Position numbers and translations under genes: made by a program
In this document: in pieces, positions 36,593 to 48,712 of the stretch
Layout of the letters: every line of letters begins with the position of its first letter
Position numbering within the stretch: the first letter of the stretch is position 1
The notes under the pieces: model-generated
Told to the model about the DNA's origin: nothing
Databases searched by the model: none
The model's input: only the letters and a program-made list of their open reading frames with translations
Source: Callorhinchus milii
Taxonomy: Eukaryota
NCBI RefSeq assembly: GCF_018977255.1
Contig: NW_024704742.1
Location: 44,766,001 to 44,830,000 of the forward strand
Reading direction: 5' to 3'
DNA length: 64,000 nucleotides

Positions 36593-38904
36593 CACAAAAA
36601 TATCCTGAAATGGGTTTATCCATTTTGCCGTTCTACGCTGATATTGCCAGCTTAACAGTGGTATGCGTGGTTCTTGTGTAGTGGATGTGGGTAGCAAAGT
36701 CACTGTGCTGATTTTTGAATCAATGGTGCTTATAATTGTGATGCATATGGACATTGTGCTATTCTAGGCTCCTATGTGCAGAAAGTTATTACATTAGGAC
36801 TGTATGACACAATATTCATAACCATATTACCAGACTGAAAACAAATCTATGTTTATTAACATGAAGTTGCTATATCAAACAATGAATGGCAGTTGTATTT
36901 TGCACCTTATTACATTTGTATTAAAATTTCACAATAGTCCAATTGTGATATATGAGATAAACAGAAAAAAACAATGGTTGATGTATATATATGAAGTAAA
37001 AACAGAAAATGCTGGAAATATACAGCAGATTGATCAACATCTGATGGAGAAACCCCTCCAGTTCCTCTAGATTTACACGTTAAGTAGCCAGGCCACTCTT
37101 CCCACAGTTGGTCTTAGCACATTTACTGCTTAGATTCCTTATTTTGGTTTCTCTCATTTTTCAGTGCAAAATGCAAATTTAACTTCTTCACATCATCAAT
37201 ATATTTACAAGGTAGTATGCTGTTACTTTGAATTATAGAAATTATGCTTAACTATTGAGTACCATCTTCCCAGATCTCCATATCTTTGAATTCAGTGGAT
37301 GATTAAATTATGTTACTAAGCATGAGACCTACTAGTTAGATTCTCTTCCATACCAACCTCAGTGAACATAGGATTCATTCAACCAATGTTGCTATTTTTT
37401 CATCATTATTCTTACTACAGTTTCCATTCAAAAAAGGCATGGGGTATGCATTGAAGACAGACATATAAAAGGGTATGGGAGAATTCAGATTAGAGAATAT
37501 AACTCAAGTGGGAGAATTAGCAGCAATTTAGGCTTGATCGGCTAAATGCGTTCTCTGGTGCTGAACTGCTATGATTCTCTGATTCTCTGATCACTTACTA
37601 AACCAAGGTTGTTGGGGGCACCATTAGATCATCACAAAATTCTGGCTTGCCCTTGCTTCACATACTGTAGTACAAATCTCTAAGTGATGCAGTGCTCTCA
37701 GTAAATTAGTTTGCCCTTGTTTTTAAGAGTAAAGATAGAGTATCTATCTGTTGTTATGTTACCTCATATGAAAACTGAAGAACAAAATGTGTGAACAGAC
37801 TGAAAAGTTGATTTTCTGCCACAATATCCATTTTCCATTGGATGATATATCTGCTGATATGTCGGTCACTTTGGGAACTCTGCCCTTCTTCAAAAAATGG
37901 TGTAGCAATGAATTACTTTATTACCAGAGCTTGCATTATAATCCTTTTCTATAATTAATACTTTCTTAATATATTAGCAGAAAATGCAATGAACTGCAGA
38001 TTGTATAATCTTGACTGGATTGTGCAATTGTTTCACTCACATCAAGATAGCTGACAACAAAGGGCTGAACTTGAAACTAAATAAACCCAGTTGAAATTGT
38101 GGTCCCGAAGGCCTTAAGGCCATTAGTATTCCTTTGTTATTTTAATAACCTTACCAAACTATTCACCCTCCACATTCACTATATGCTGATAATGCCTTCT
38201 CAATTCAACTCTACTGTAATTCACAAAAGGTTATTGAATTTGTTAGTTAACTAAGTGGCTGAGAATACGTAATTTTTTTGAAAGGCTTAATTTGGTTGAT
38301 CTGGTTCATGTTATTAATTTTCTCAATTATTACTATGAATAATATTATTCTTGAGAATTATAATTGCGGGACATAATGTGATGTATGTACAGTTAGGTAG
38401 CATATTGTCCTCCAAAAGACTTTACACTAACCTATTGGCCTGCAATTAAAATTTCTTTCACACATCTGATCATGTTTTGCACTGAAAGCAGTAATTAGAG
38501 TATAAAAATGTATTATTTAAGCTTTATATGATCCTGAGAAAGTAGCCTAGGGACTGTTTTCAAATTGACAGCTATTGCAGAAACTGAAAACATTATAAAA
38601 TAAAGTAGAATTGGAAGCAATTTTAACCCATATACTATGAAGAAAGAACATTACAGCTAACACCATACACTGTGTGCATTGTCACTGTAGTGCACACATG
38701 TGATATTCCATTCTCTTTTCAAACAGTGCCATTGGGATATTTAACATCCAACTAAGCAAACAGACGTGACTTAGGTTCAACATAACATCGTAAGGACACT
38801 ATGCAGTACTCCACCTATTAATGTCTGCCTACAAACATTCGTTAAAGACCTTCCTCATTGACTATCTACGGTCACCTTCCCCTGCTCCCTGACTCTGTCA
38901 TAAA

Positions 38905-39680
38905 ATCATAATAGAGATTTGTATGCAAAAGGCCTTTTGGCCCATTTGATCTAAATTTTCCAGAACACTAACCCTACCATTTTCCAATTACTGGTATCAA
39001 GCTGTTTTTTTCTTTTCATGCATTCTGGCCTTAACAATCCTTTCTAGTAACTTGTTCCAGTCATTATATCGCCCACAAAATATACAGTCAATTCAATGTT
39101 ACAATATATTCTGTGAAGAGCGTTGAGACGTCTTGAAGATGTGATAAGGCGCTATATCAAATGCAAGGATTATTATCATTATTACTCTCTGGGTAAAGAA
39201 AAACTTCCCAAGTGTCTGTCTTGAAATTGCCCTTTACAGCCCTAAACCTGTAAGGCCTTCCTCTGCTATTTTGGTGCAATTGAAAGTATTGCTCTGAGTT
39301 TTCTTTCTCAATCCCAAATCTTATACACCTCTATAAGGTTCCCACTGAATTCAAGACTGAAGAGTGCTAGACTGTCAAATTGTTGCTCGTAGTTCATTTC
39401 TCTAACACCGGGGATCTTTATTGCTATCCTGTGCACTGCCTCTAGGGCTTGGGCACCTCCCTTATGTTACAGTACTTCAGGTGCAACCTAACCGAACACT
39501 ATATAGCTTGACTATAACTTCTGGGGATACAAACTCAATTAATTTGGCAATGTAGCTTTTTTATATTTATCTTGTTCACTGCTGCCTCACACAGTTTTTA
39601 CATGCTGAGGAATGAGTCAACTGACACCCCTGGGTCTCTTTAGCTTCCCACTTGGCAAATTCCACTCTAAGGTCTCTTTC
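38905..39680 (-). mobile_element. Decayed CR1 fragment interrupted by a + strand SINE tail (39069-39184)
   Basis: 'ggccttttggcccatttg', 'cttatacacctctataagg', 'cagtacttcaggtgc'; parallels 24505-25130. Confidence 0.6.
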
Positions 39681-42600
39681 TTGCTCCTCCCTGGGGAAGT
39701 TTTGCTGGGGAGCCTCATAAATGAAGAGTCTCTGAATACACTGCAGTAAGTGGTCCAACCACTCCCACACACCTGTTTTTCTTAATCTACATTCTCTGCC
39801 TCATTTGATAATGATGGAATATATATATATATATATATATTTTATGTTGCCTGTAAGGGAAATGCCACTGGGCAAAATGGCAAATTGACAATAGTGGGCA
39901 AACGAAGAAAAGACTCTATAGAAGGCTGTGCCTGGTTGTTTATGAAGATAGAATGCAGTATCACGCAAAGTCTGCTGGTCGTGTGCCATATTAGAACCCT
40001 TTTGTGCCCCTGGGTGATGCAAAGTGAGCCAGATCTCAAGATACATCTGATGTGCTTCTATTCCTGAAAACTAACCTTTTAGATTTCATGGAAGGCCACC
40101 GGATGCTCTGCACAACAATGGGTCAATTTGCATCTCTCTAAAAAAAGGTCAAATACATTCTTTTATAGAGATACTTCTGCAGTTTTTTTCCTTTCTTTGA
40201 TTCCCTCAACATGGAGTTTCATTCAGTCAAAATTAGAACATTCTAGTTATTATTAAGCAACAGCAGAGGGAAATGAAGCAGAATCAGTGTGATTTATTTT
40301 CTTGGACTGATACCTAAATTCTTTGTCTCCCGTAGTTTGTTGTGTTTCAACCATTCACAACAAGGAACCCCTTTTAATCTGGCCTTACATTTTAACTGAT
40401 GTGTCTAAACGAATTCCTTTTTGTGAATAATTTCAAATGATAAGAGCACGATACATGTTACATGTTTTATATGGCTCATTACATTCACAGCATAATAAAT
40501 GAGAAACTTGCTTTTTAAAAAAGCATAAAGAGACAGATAAAAAGAAGACGTGAATATTCATAAGAAGAGTTTAGGAGACTGAAAGTGGTACCGATTGGAA
40601 AGTGAGGGGAATCACTGTAGGGTGCCAACTTAGCCTCTCCCTATTCTCTCGGTTGGAAATCAAGCAAGATCTAATAACTCTTGCACAACTTGTCTTGGCC
40701 ACTCTTAGATGGCTCTCACTGCCATGAAGCCAATCCTTTGGAAACACCAACAATCTTGGAAATTTTGAATTTGTATCACTTTGAAGAATCTGAAGTGCCT
40801 TTCACAGTCATATGGAGGTAACCTGGAGAAACCAGGGATGTTCTATGTGTATAAAAGTTTTCCTTCTTGCTATTGCTACCGTTCAAACACTTCCCTCCTG
40901 AGAATGAAGATGACTAGAATCCTAACCTGTGTGACAATCTGTACTAGTAACCTGCACAATTTAATGTGTTGCATGTTGAGTTAAGATTAAAGCAAATGAA
41001 TATTTTACCAGTTAATGTGAAGCAATTTATCAACATGCTTTACCGTTAATTGTGCCCTGTGAAAAAGAATGATGGCTGCGTCCTGCCATCTGAAACCAAG
41101 TTTGTGAACATACACTTAAGATTAAGACATGCGTTACCAATTGTAATTGTTATTACGGTTGAGTACCGATGGTCAGCAAACCTCTGGAGTTCACTAAACA
41201 AGGTGAATCTTTGAAATATTTAAAACTATGATTATCCAAAAGAAGAATGTTAAAATGGTCAGTTGTTAAGATAAAGTCTATATTGTTTTATCTGAATAAT
41301 TGGCAAATCCATTGTGTTCGTTACTGAATATTAATAATATCATAAGATTGGTTTGGATAAAGATGACCCTTTGGTTAGTGCCATCTCATTGTTCCAGTAA
41401 GCCCATTTTATTTTCCTCCAATTACAGCATCAAGTTCCCTTTTAAATGAGTATCCTGGCCTGAGCCAACTTTCCTGCCAACCTCTCTTTGCTGCCTTCTC
41501 TGATTCTGCAGTTCTCCACCTCTTGGTGTCATCTGCAAATTTAATTACCTTATTAAAACCGTATTATTTAATTACCTTATTGAAACAGGAACAATGCCAT
41601 TATGGATCCTTGACACTCCCATCTGTTTGCTTCTCATCCAGTGGAATCTCCCCAGAACTGATTGCTGTTAAACAGACATAGCTTTTTTCTGTCTTAGTAA
41701 ATTAATGTTGCTACAGATGGATCTAACTTGATAAATGTGAGAAGGTTTATGTACTGGATCGGATTAATTCTCTTCCATTGTACTGAAAATGTTTAAAGTC
41801 AAAATAAATGGGTTGGTGCATGTGTCTGACACACTACAATGTTTCAGTGCATTGCACAATAGTCAGAGAGATATAGGTTGAATATTTGTACATATGTATT
41901 GAAATTGTAAATTACCACTTGACTACCTCTTGGCTAACACTATGTCAGTCACATTAAATATTACATGTTTATACTTGTGTTATAATGTTCTTAATGACAC
42001 ATCAGTGTGAGTACATAGGGCAGTATCATGCTCTATTATACCTAAAGATAACTGGAATATTTAAGGCGTTTTTCAAGATGAACAACTGTGGCTGCTGACA
42101 ATTATATAGATGGATTGGATAGCAGCTAATGCCTTGCACCAAAGGGGCTGAATAATCTTGCATTGTCATCACACATTGAACAATGTTCCATCATTAACAA
42201 GGCATTTCTAACAGCAGCTATCTATTTAACGGCTCATTCTGTGTTGTCTAATTGGAGTCAGGCATGTCCACCTCCCATTTATAATTTGGATTGCTTCACT
42301 ACTTACCAAAGGGTTTCTTTCTACACACATTGATCCGGCTATAAATACAGCACAAAATATACATTTCACCATTGCCATTATTATTGCACATCTTCCACAC
42401 CATTAGTCTGTGTTGTTCCTCAATAAGTCTCTCATTCAGATAATTGGGGAAACCAACAGAATATTCTTCTTAGTCAAAATATTTTCACATCTCTGACCTC
42501 GGGTGGTATATATAGAAAATTGCTTTTAAAAATCTAGTGACATCTCAGTTCCACCCCACCAACCCACCCCCCCTTTCCTTCCACCCTCAACCCCCCCCGA

Positions 42601-45600
42601 ACACATGCTTTTGTGAAATACAAGAACTGAATTGACATTGGGAGTCAAACAAACAACCTCTCAAGGCAGCATTTTTCTTTGCATAAAGGACACCATCAAC
42701 AATGTCTTACCATAAATCGAATAGTCAATTTATCTGGAGGATTGTCAGCCAGGACACCGGAAGAAACTCTTCATCCAGATTAATTCAATTCATGTGGGAC
42801 ATTGCAGTGTGACAAATTCACTGCTGTGTTTGCCTATAAATACAGTCACTACACGTGTCCGAAAATTTGTGTAGTACTTTGAATGATATAGGTGTTATAT
42901 CAAATACAAAGATCATTAATATCTGACAATGCAGCACCCCTCCCCTCTCCGGCACTGCACTGTAGTGTCAGTCTAAACTACAAAGTGAAGGTTCCAAATC
43001 TGTGGTTCAAACTGATAAATTTCCGACTCACAGAAGTGAGTTACCAATTGAGCCAAGATGACATCTGTCTTGAAAGCTATGCTAAACCTCACCCTAGTAT
43101 GTAAGTAATGGAAAATCTATGAGCGCCTGTTTGAACATTTTTGGTTGACTACTATAAATACAATGGACTGTTTGATCAAGGAATCTGTCCACCTCTGCAT
43201 TCAAATAAATCACTAGATTTGAAATTAAATAAATATATCTATGTTTCATTTTCATTTCATGTATGTGTAAAGCACTCTTGGGCACCAACTCAACTAGATG
43301 TGCTTCCATCAATTCCTATTCATGTAGAGATTCATTCTGAATATGCATTTCTAGGTAGTTCTTATCATGTGAAGAGCAAGCTTACCCATTACCACATACA
43401 CTAAGAAAGGAAGCAGACAGAAGAAAATACTGAGAAGAAAATGAAATTATAATTCAAGAGGGCACAGGAATAGTTTGAAGCCTGATTTACATGGGCTACA
43501 GTTGTATGTGAATCAACTGACACAAATGCTCAACTGATCAATTTCTATACTGAGCTTTTATCATTCAAAGGGAGTTTTATTTGATTATTTTAAAATAAAA
43601 ACAATATTTCCCCCCTCTCTTTTCTTTTAGGGTTATGCCATGGGATCTTTAACATCTGGCTGAACAGGCAGATGAGTCCTCGACTTAAGATCTCATCCTA
43701 AGGATGCCGTCTCTGACAATATAACCCTTCCCCCAAAGTGTCAACCTACACTACAAGCTTAAAGTCTTGGTGCGAGGGTGGAAATCAAATCTTAGCAGTA
43801 TTAAAGGATTACTGATCTGATATCTGTCTGTTTAGATGTTGTTTCTGAAGGTCTGGTAGTGTAGAGAAGAATGTGTGTGTGTGTGTGGGGGGGGGAGTTA
43901 TCTGTCTGTGGAAACTTGCAGTTCCTCCAGTCGTGTAGCACTGCACCTTCATATAATCCTTGGTAATACTATGGGCAGTTTTCTATAATCGATAGCAGTG
44001 CAATGATGGGTGAGCGCATTTTACTCGACATGGGTTAAAAAAAAATTATACACTAGCAATATCAGGTTTATTAAAAATGATTTATTAGCCAGCTAAAATA
44101 TATGACATGCACCACTCACAGCGACTGATGTTTGGCATCTACGCAAGGTGAATCAAGTGCCAAACAGTCTGGATGTTATTCGTGGAGGAATGAACAATAA
44201 GACAGAACTGTTTGATTAGAAATCTGTCCACTTCTTCATTTGAAAAAATACTGGATTTGGAATTAAAATAAGTATATTTATGTTTCATTTTCAATTAATA
44301 AATGGGTAAAGAGCAAAAGAGGAAGCAGAGAGTACACTTCCCACTCCAGACAGCACAGAAAAAATAATCTATCTCAAATGTACTCCCACACAAGCTAGAT
44401 CATGCCCTGTGTAACCCTGCTTGACTTCATTCACATACTGCCACTAAAACACTACCATGTATCTGAAGTGCACAACATTATTATAAGATTAAATATAAGT
44501 ATGACAATCAATTGCTAAAGATCCATAGTATCAATGGGGATGAAAATATGATGTTAACAAAGTGGAAGTCACTGCGCTAATTGCAACTTCCAGATTGCAA
44601 ATTAAATTAATTCAATAAAACAAATTCAGATTGGGATAACAAAAATCTGCAAAGGCCTTTTGCTTTTGACCTTTCGTTGGAGTTTTGAGGCCTTTTCCCG
44701 TATGAGAAACATCCCAAATGTAAAAAAAAGCCATCCTTGATCCCGACTTCCACCAAGTATTCAAGAGATTTCATTTAAAATATCGATGAGATAAAAGGAG
44801 GAGAATTTGATCAAATGAGGATGACAATTTTACTGTCAAACAGCAAACCCATTGTAAGATTCTGAAACCTGATTTAAAATGGAGAAAAAAGTTATAACTT
44901 ATTAATAGAGCAAGGGATCGAGGTTCTAAAATATTTACAGCTGACATTACTTTACTAATTTATAAAAGATGTGAAAAGTGTTCAGTGTAATCATCATTGA
45001 AATTAGTTACAATTATTTTCACGGTTTGTTCCACACATTGTTAAACAATAGAGGAAGGATACTTGTGAGCTTGGATCTGTCATTCTTTTAACTCATGTAA
45101 AATTGAACAAGACAGTATACAAGTAAGTCTATTATAGGCAGTCAATCATACTGCAATGGTGTTATCCTCATTTTTTGGCATTATTTAACTTGCCAACCAA
45201 GCACCGAAAATTTTATATAATCTAAGCCTGCTGTCTATTTGAAAATAAATTTGCCATCGCAGCATTCTATCAAAGGAGACTATTTTGATCTCATCTATAC
45301 TGGATTTGCAATATATTGGATACCTTTCGTACAAATTAACTTTCAGCTGTTCACCCAGGTGTAACACAATCCAGAATTGAGATTGGCACTGCGGTTTCTG
45401 TAAGGATCTGATGCTGCAGAGATATGAATGAAGAATATCGCCGCATGGATCTTTTCAGTGGAATGACTTGGGTTCCACTGGTTAATGTTAAAAGGATCAA
45501 TTTCCATACAATCACAGTCACCCCATACAGTTCCCACTTCAGCTTTATTAGATATAACAAAATCAAATGACAGTATCCACACTTCCCAGCTAGATTCCAG

Positions 45601-45671
45601 GAAAAGCTGAATAGCATAAATTGATCATCATTAACCAATGCAGGTTGTTTGGTTTATACAGGATCACTCAC

Positions 45672-45758
45672 CTTCAGTTGTTTAAATGCTGAGCTTTTGT
45701 ATTCAGTGACTGAATGCAGCATGATTATATGTGATTGACAACTGTCTGGACAGTGATC
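45672..45758 (-). other. Candidate 87-nt exon
   Basis: Minus strand 'ctttcactgtag|GATCAC...CTGAAG|gtgagt'; open only in phase 0: DHCPDSCQSHIIMLHSVTEYKSSAFKQLK; no homology recognised. Confidence 0.25.
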
Positions 45759-45899
45759 CTACAGTGAAAGCTAGATGGGAACATCAGGTCTATACTGTAT
45801 CCTTCGTTATACCCCAGGCACAGCAACCCACAATACCTTCATGATTCAACCATGTTGGGTATCAGTTTTCTAACCATTGAAAAGACCATTTTGATTGAG

Positions 45900-46740
45900 G
45901 TGGAAACTTTAGTTAACACCATTTCACCTTCCTTTAATGTCTGTAAAATAATTTGGGAATTCTCCCTTTGTTATCTGATGTAACGCTTCACACTATCAGT
46001 GTTGCATGGAATAGGTGACTGTTCCCTTTAACACATTTTTTGCTCCCTTACAATTATTTTTAGTTGTCTGCAATGAATTCATTTGTGTACCTATTGCCCC
46101 AGTTTTCAGGAGATCCAAATCCTTCTGAAATTGATTGCACTGTTCCTTATTTTTGTCCTATTTTGGTATCACCTGCAAACTTGAAGATTTTCTTCATGAT
46201 TCACACGTCCACATGATTAATGTACATGGCAAAATAGCAAGGGTCCCAAGAAGGACTACTGTGTACCTGGCTCATAATCATTTTGTTGCCAAAAAGTTTC
46301 CATTGATGGCTGTGCTTCTGTTTCAAATTTTTAAATCAATTATCTATCCACATTATACTTAATTTTTTCGAGGATTAGTCCTGCTTTGTGACTCCTTATT
46401 GTAATTATTAATTGCTGAGGTCTGATGCCTTCTGAAAATCCAAGTGTAAAGTGGGATGTAAAATGCAGCATTTGCAACATGGAAGTTGGTGAGCTGATTG
46501 TACTCTCCATTTCTGACTGGAATTCCGAGATTTGCTAACAAATTTGCTAAATATTACAAATAAAATGTGATCCTGAGCACTAATAAAGGCTGTTTTGTAG
46601 GTGGCAATTTGCCTTTGCAGCCTTCCTTTCACTAAGAGAAAGCCTAAACCATTTACAAGAGAAGCAAAATACCTGTCACAAAACGTTCTTTCCTGCTGTT
46701 TGGAATTTTGATTTTCTTCCAATTGGAATGAGACATTTCA
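45900..46740 (-). mobile_element. Very old CR1-like RT remnant
   Basis: Minus strand reads LHLDFQKASD (compare YLDFQKAFD); 'tttggtatcacctgcaaac' is the reverse of FAGDTK (compare FADDTK). Confidence 0.55.
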
Positions 46741-47799
46741 ACATTATAGCCACTATATCAAATTATGCCTCGGGATTATTATTATTTAATAGCAAATTGT
46801 TATAAGATCACGCTGTTAAATTTACTTACAGGCAGATAATTCCCTTTGGTTAATACTAAGTTTGAAGCTCCTCAATGTCAAATAGTCTGTTGAAACACAT
46901 TGGGCAGCTTTAAGCATAAAAATGCACATTTAGCTGAGGTATCTGAAATCTGCTGCTGCCAGCAGAGATGCACTTCAATATGAAAAACACCGCCTTCAGG
47001 AGGATAAAAGGGAAAAAGGAAAACCGTAGTGGAAAAATATAAAAGTCCTTCACTCTAAATGATGTGACCTGTGACCATACAGCAATCCATTTGAGATGAA
47101 TAAATAAGTAAGCAAAATATATCTGAGTACAAAATCTCCCATTTGTGCCTCTCTCTGGTGCTGAACTATTTATACCATGTGGGCATGAGGCTATAATTTT
47201 TAGCAGATTACTGACAGAAGGCTTAAAAGCAAAGTTGTGAAAGTGTTATTGTTGTGCACTCATATTAATTATTAATATAACTTTATCCCAGTCGTCTAGG
47301 AATAGTTTGATGCCGTGCAGCAAACCAACTGAAAGAACTGCTGCACTCTTCAAATTTTATGCTCCAAAAACAATTTGGTTGAAAAATGAGACTGTATATA
47401 TTTTCTCTCTCTGGTGTTGGGATTGTCGCCCTGGAAAGAGACTTTAGAGACAAAGATTGTTCCACTATAATGAAAGGAAAACAAATGCTTGGTGTTAAAC
47501 AGCTCATTAAGATTCGGGGAACCAGCCACAATATATTTTGATGCTGCATCATTGTACTTCTCTGCAAATTATATCCTTGTTAATAATCGACCAGAGGAAT
47601 AGAGACGTCAATGTGTGATTAATTTAAAGCTCTGAGTACTGCTCAGGTCATTCTCACCGTATTGCTTTTATTTTTATGTTCCTGTTATGGAGTGGACTCT
47701 CTTTACATGCTGAATACAGTTGCTGCATTATCAAAATTAACTTGTTGTACATCTAAAAGATGATTTTTTCAAAATATTTCTTAATAGCTATCGGTAATA

Positions 47800-48712
47800 A
47801 TAATAAAAATCCTTATTTTTATTACAGGACATATCCCTTCTCACGTAAGGAGAACATCTCAAAGCACTTTGCATAATCTACTGCAAATTATTACTGTGTA
47901 TTTTGTAGACAAACACAGCAGTGAATTTACACAGAGCCAAGCCCCACAAATAACCATGAATTAAATGACTAATTTTATCAGGGATTTGTTTGACAGGACA
48001 CTGGGAAAAGCTCTTGGCACATTTCAAATAGGGTTTGGGGATCTTTAACATTCACCTGAACAGGCAGCCTAGACAATAATGATGATAAAATTACATTTGT
48101 ATAGTGCCTTTCAATCTGGAGGATGTCGCAAGGCTCTGCACAATCAATGTTTTGGACCCGAGCTGAGAGTCAGGATCAGGGAGGGTAGGGGGACAAGAAG
48201 GGTGATCAAGGGCATGGTTGAAGTGGAGGGTCTTGAGATAGGTCTTGAAGGAGGCAAGGAAGGGGGCGAGGCAGAGGGACTGAGAGATGGAGTTCCAGAG
48301 GGTGGGGGCAGAGTGCCTGAAGGCACACCCGCCAATGGTGTGGTGGGCGAGGTGGGGAACATGAAGCAGGCTGGCGCTGCTATCCCCCCTGGAGATAGGG
48401 GGGAGCAAGGCCATGGAGGGTTTTGAAGGTGAGGACCAGGAACTCGAACTGTATCCTCTGTGTGATGGGAAGCCAGTGGAGTCGGCCGAAGATGGGGTGA
48501 TAGGATCATGGAGCTTAGTGCGGGAGAGGACACGGGCTGCAGAGTTCTGGATGATCTGTAGCCTATGGAGGGAGGAGTTGGGGAGGCCAACAAGCAGGGA
48601 GTTTGCACAGTCAAGCTTGGATGTTATGAATGTGTGTAAACTACGTGAGTTCAGAGTCCTGATATGGGGCTTGAATCCATAATCTTCTGAATGCTATCAA
48701 GAGAGCCACGCT
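47800..48712 (-). mobile_element. Deu-SINE split by an L2 insertion
   Basis: Tail and Deu remnant at 47800-48073 ('ggatctttaacattcacctgaacaggcagcctagac'); head remnant at 48638-48712 ('actacgtgagttcagagtcctg...gcttgaatccataatcttctga'). Confidence 0.7.
48074..48632 (-). mobile_element. 5'-truncated L2 LINE nested in a Deu-SINE
   Basis: ORF 48091-48414: GGCAFRHSAPTLWNSISQSL...FKTYLKT; close to the 9683-10245 copy. Confidence 0.92.

Noticed and set aside
38665..38702. pre-miRNA-like hairpin (tgtgtgcattg...tagtgcacaca)
   Set aside because: Stem of only about 11-14 bp and no known mature miRNA recognised
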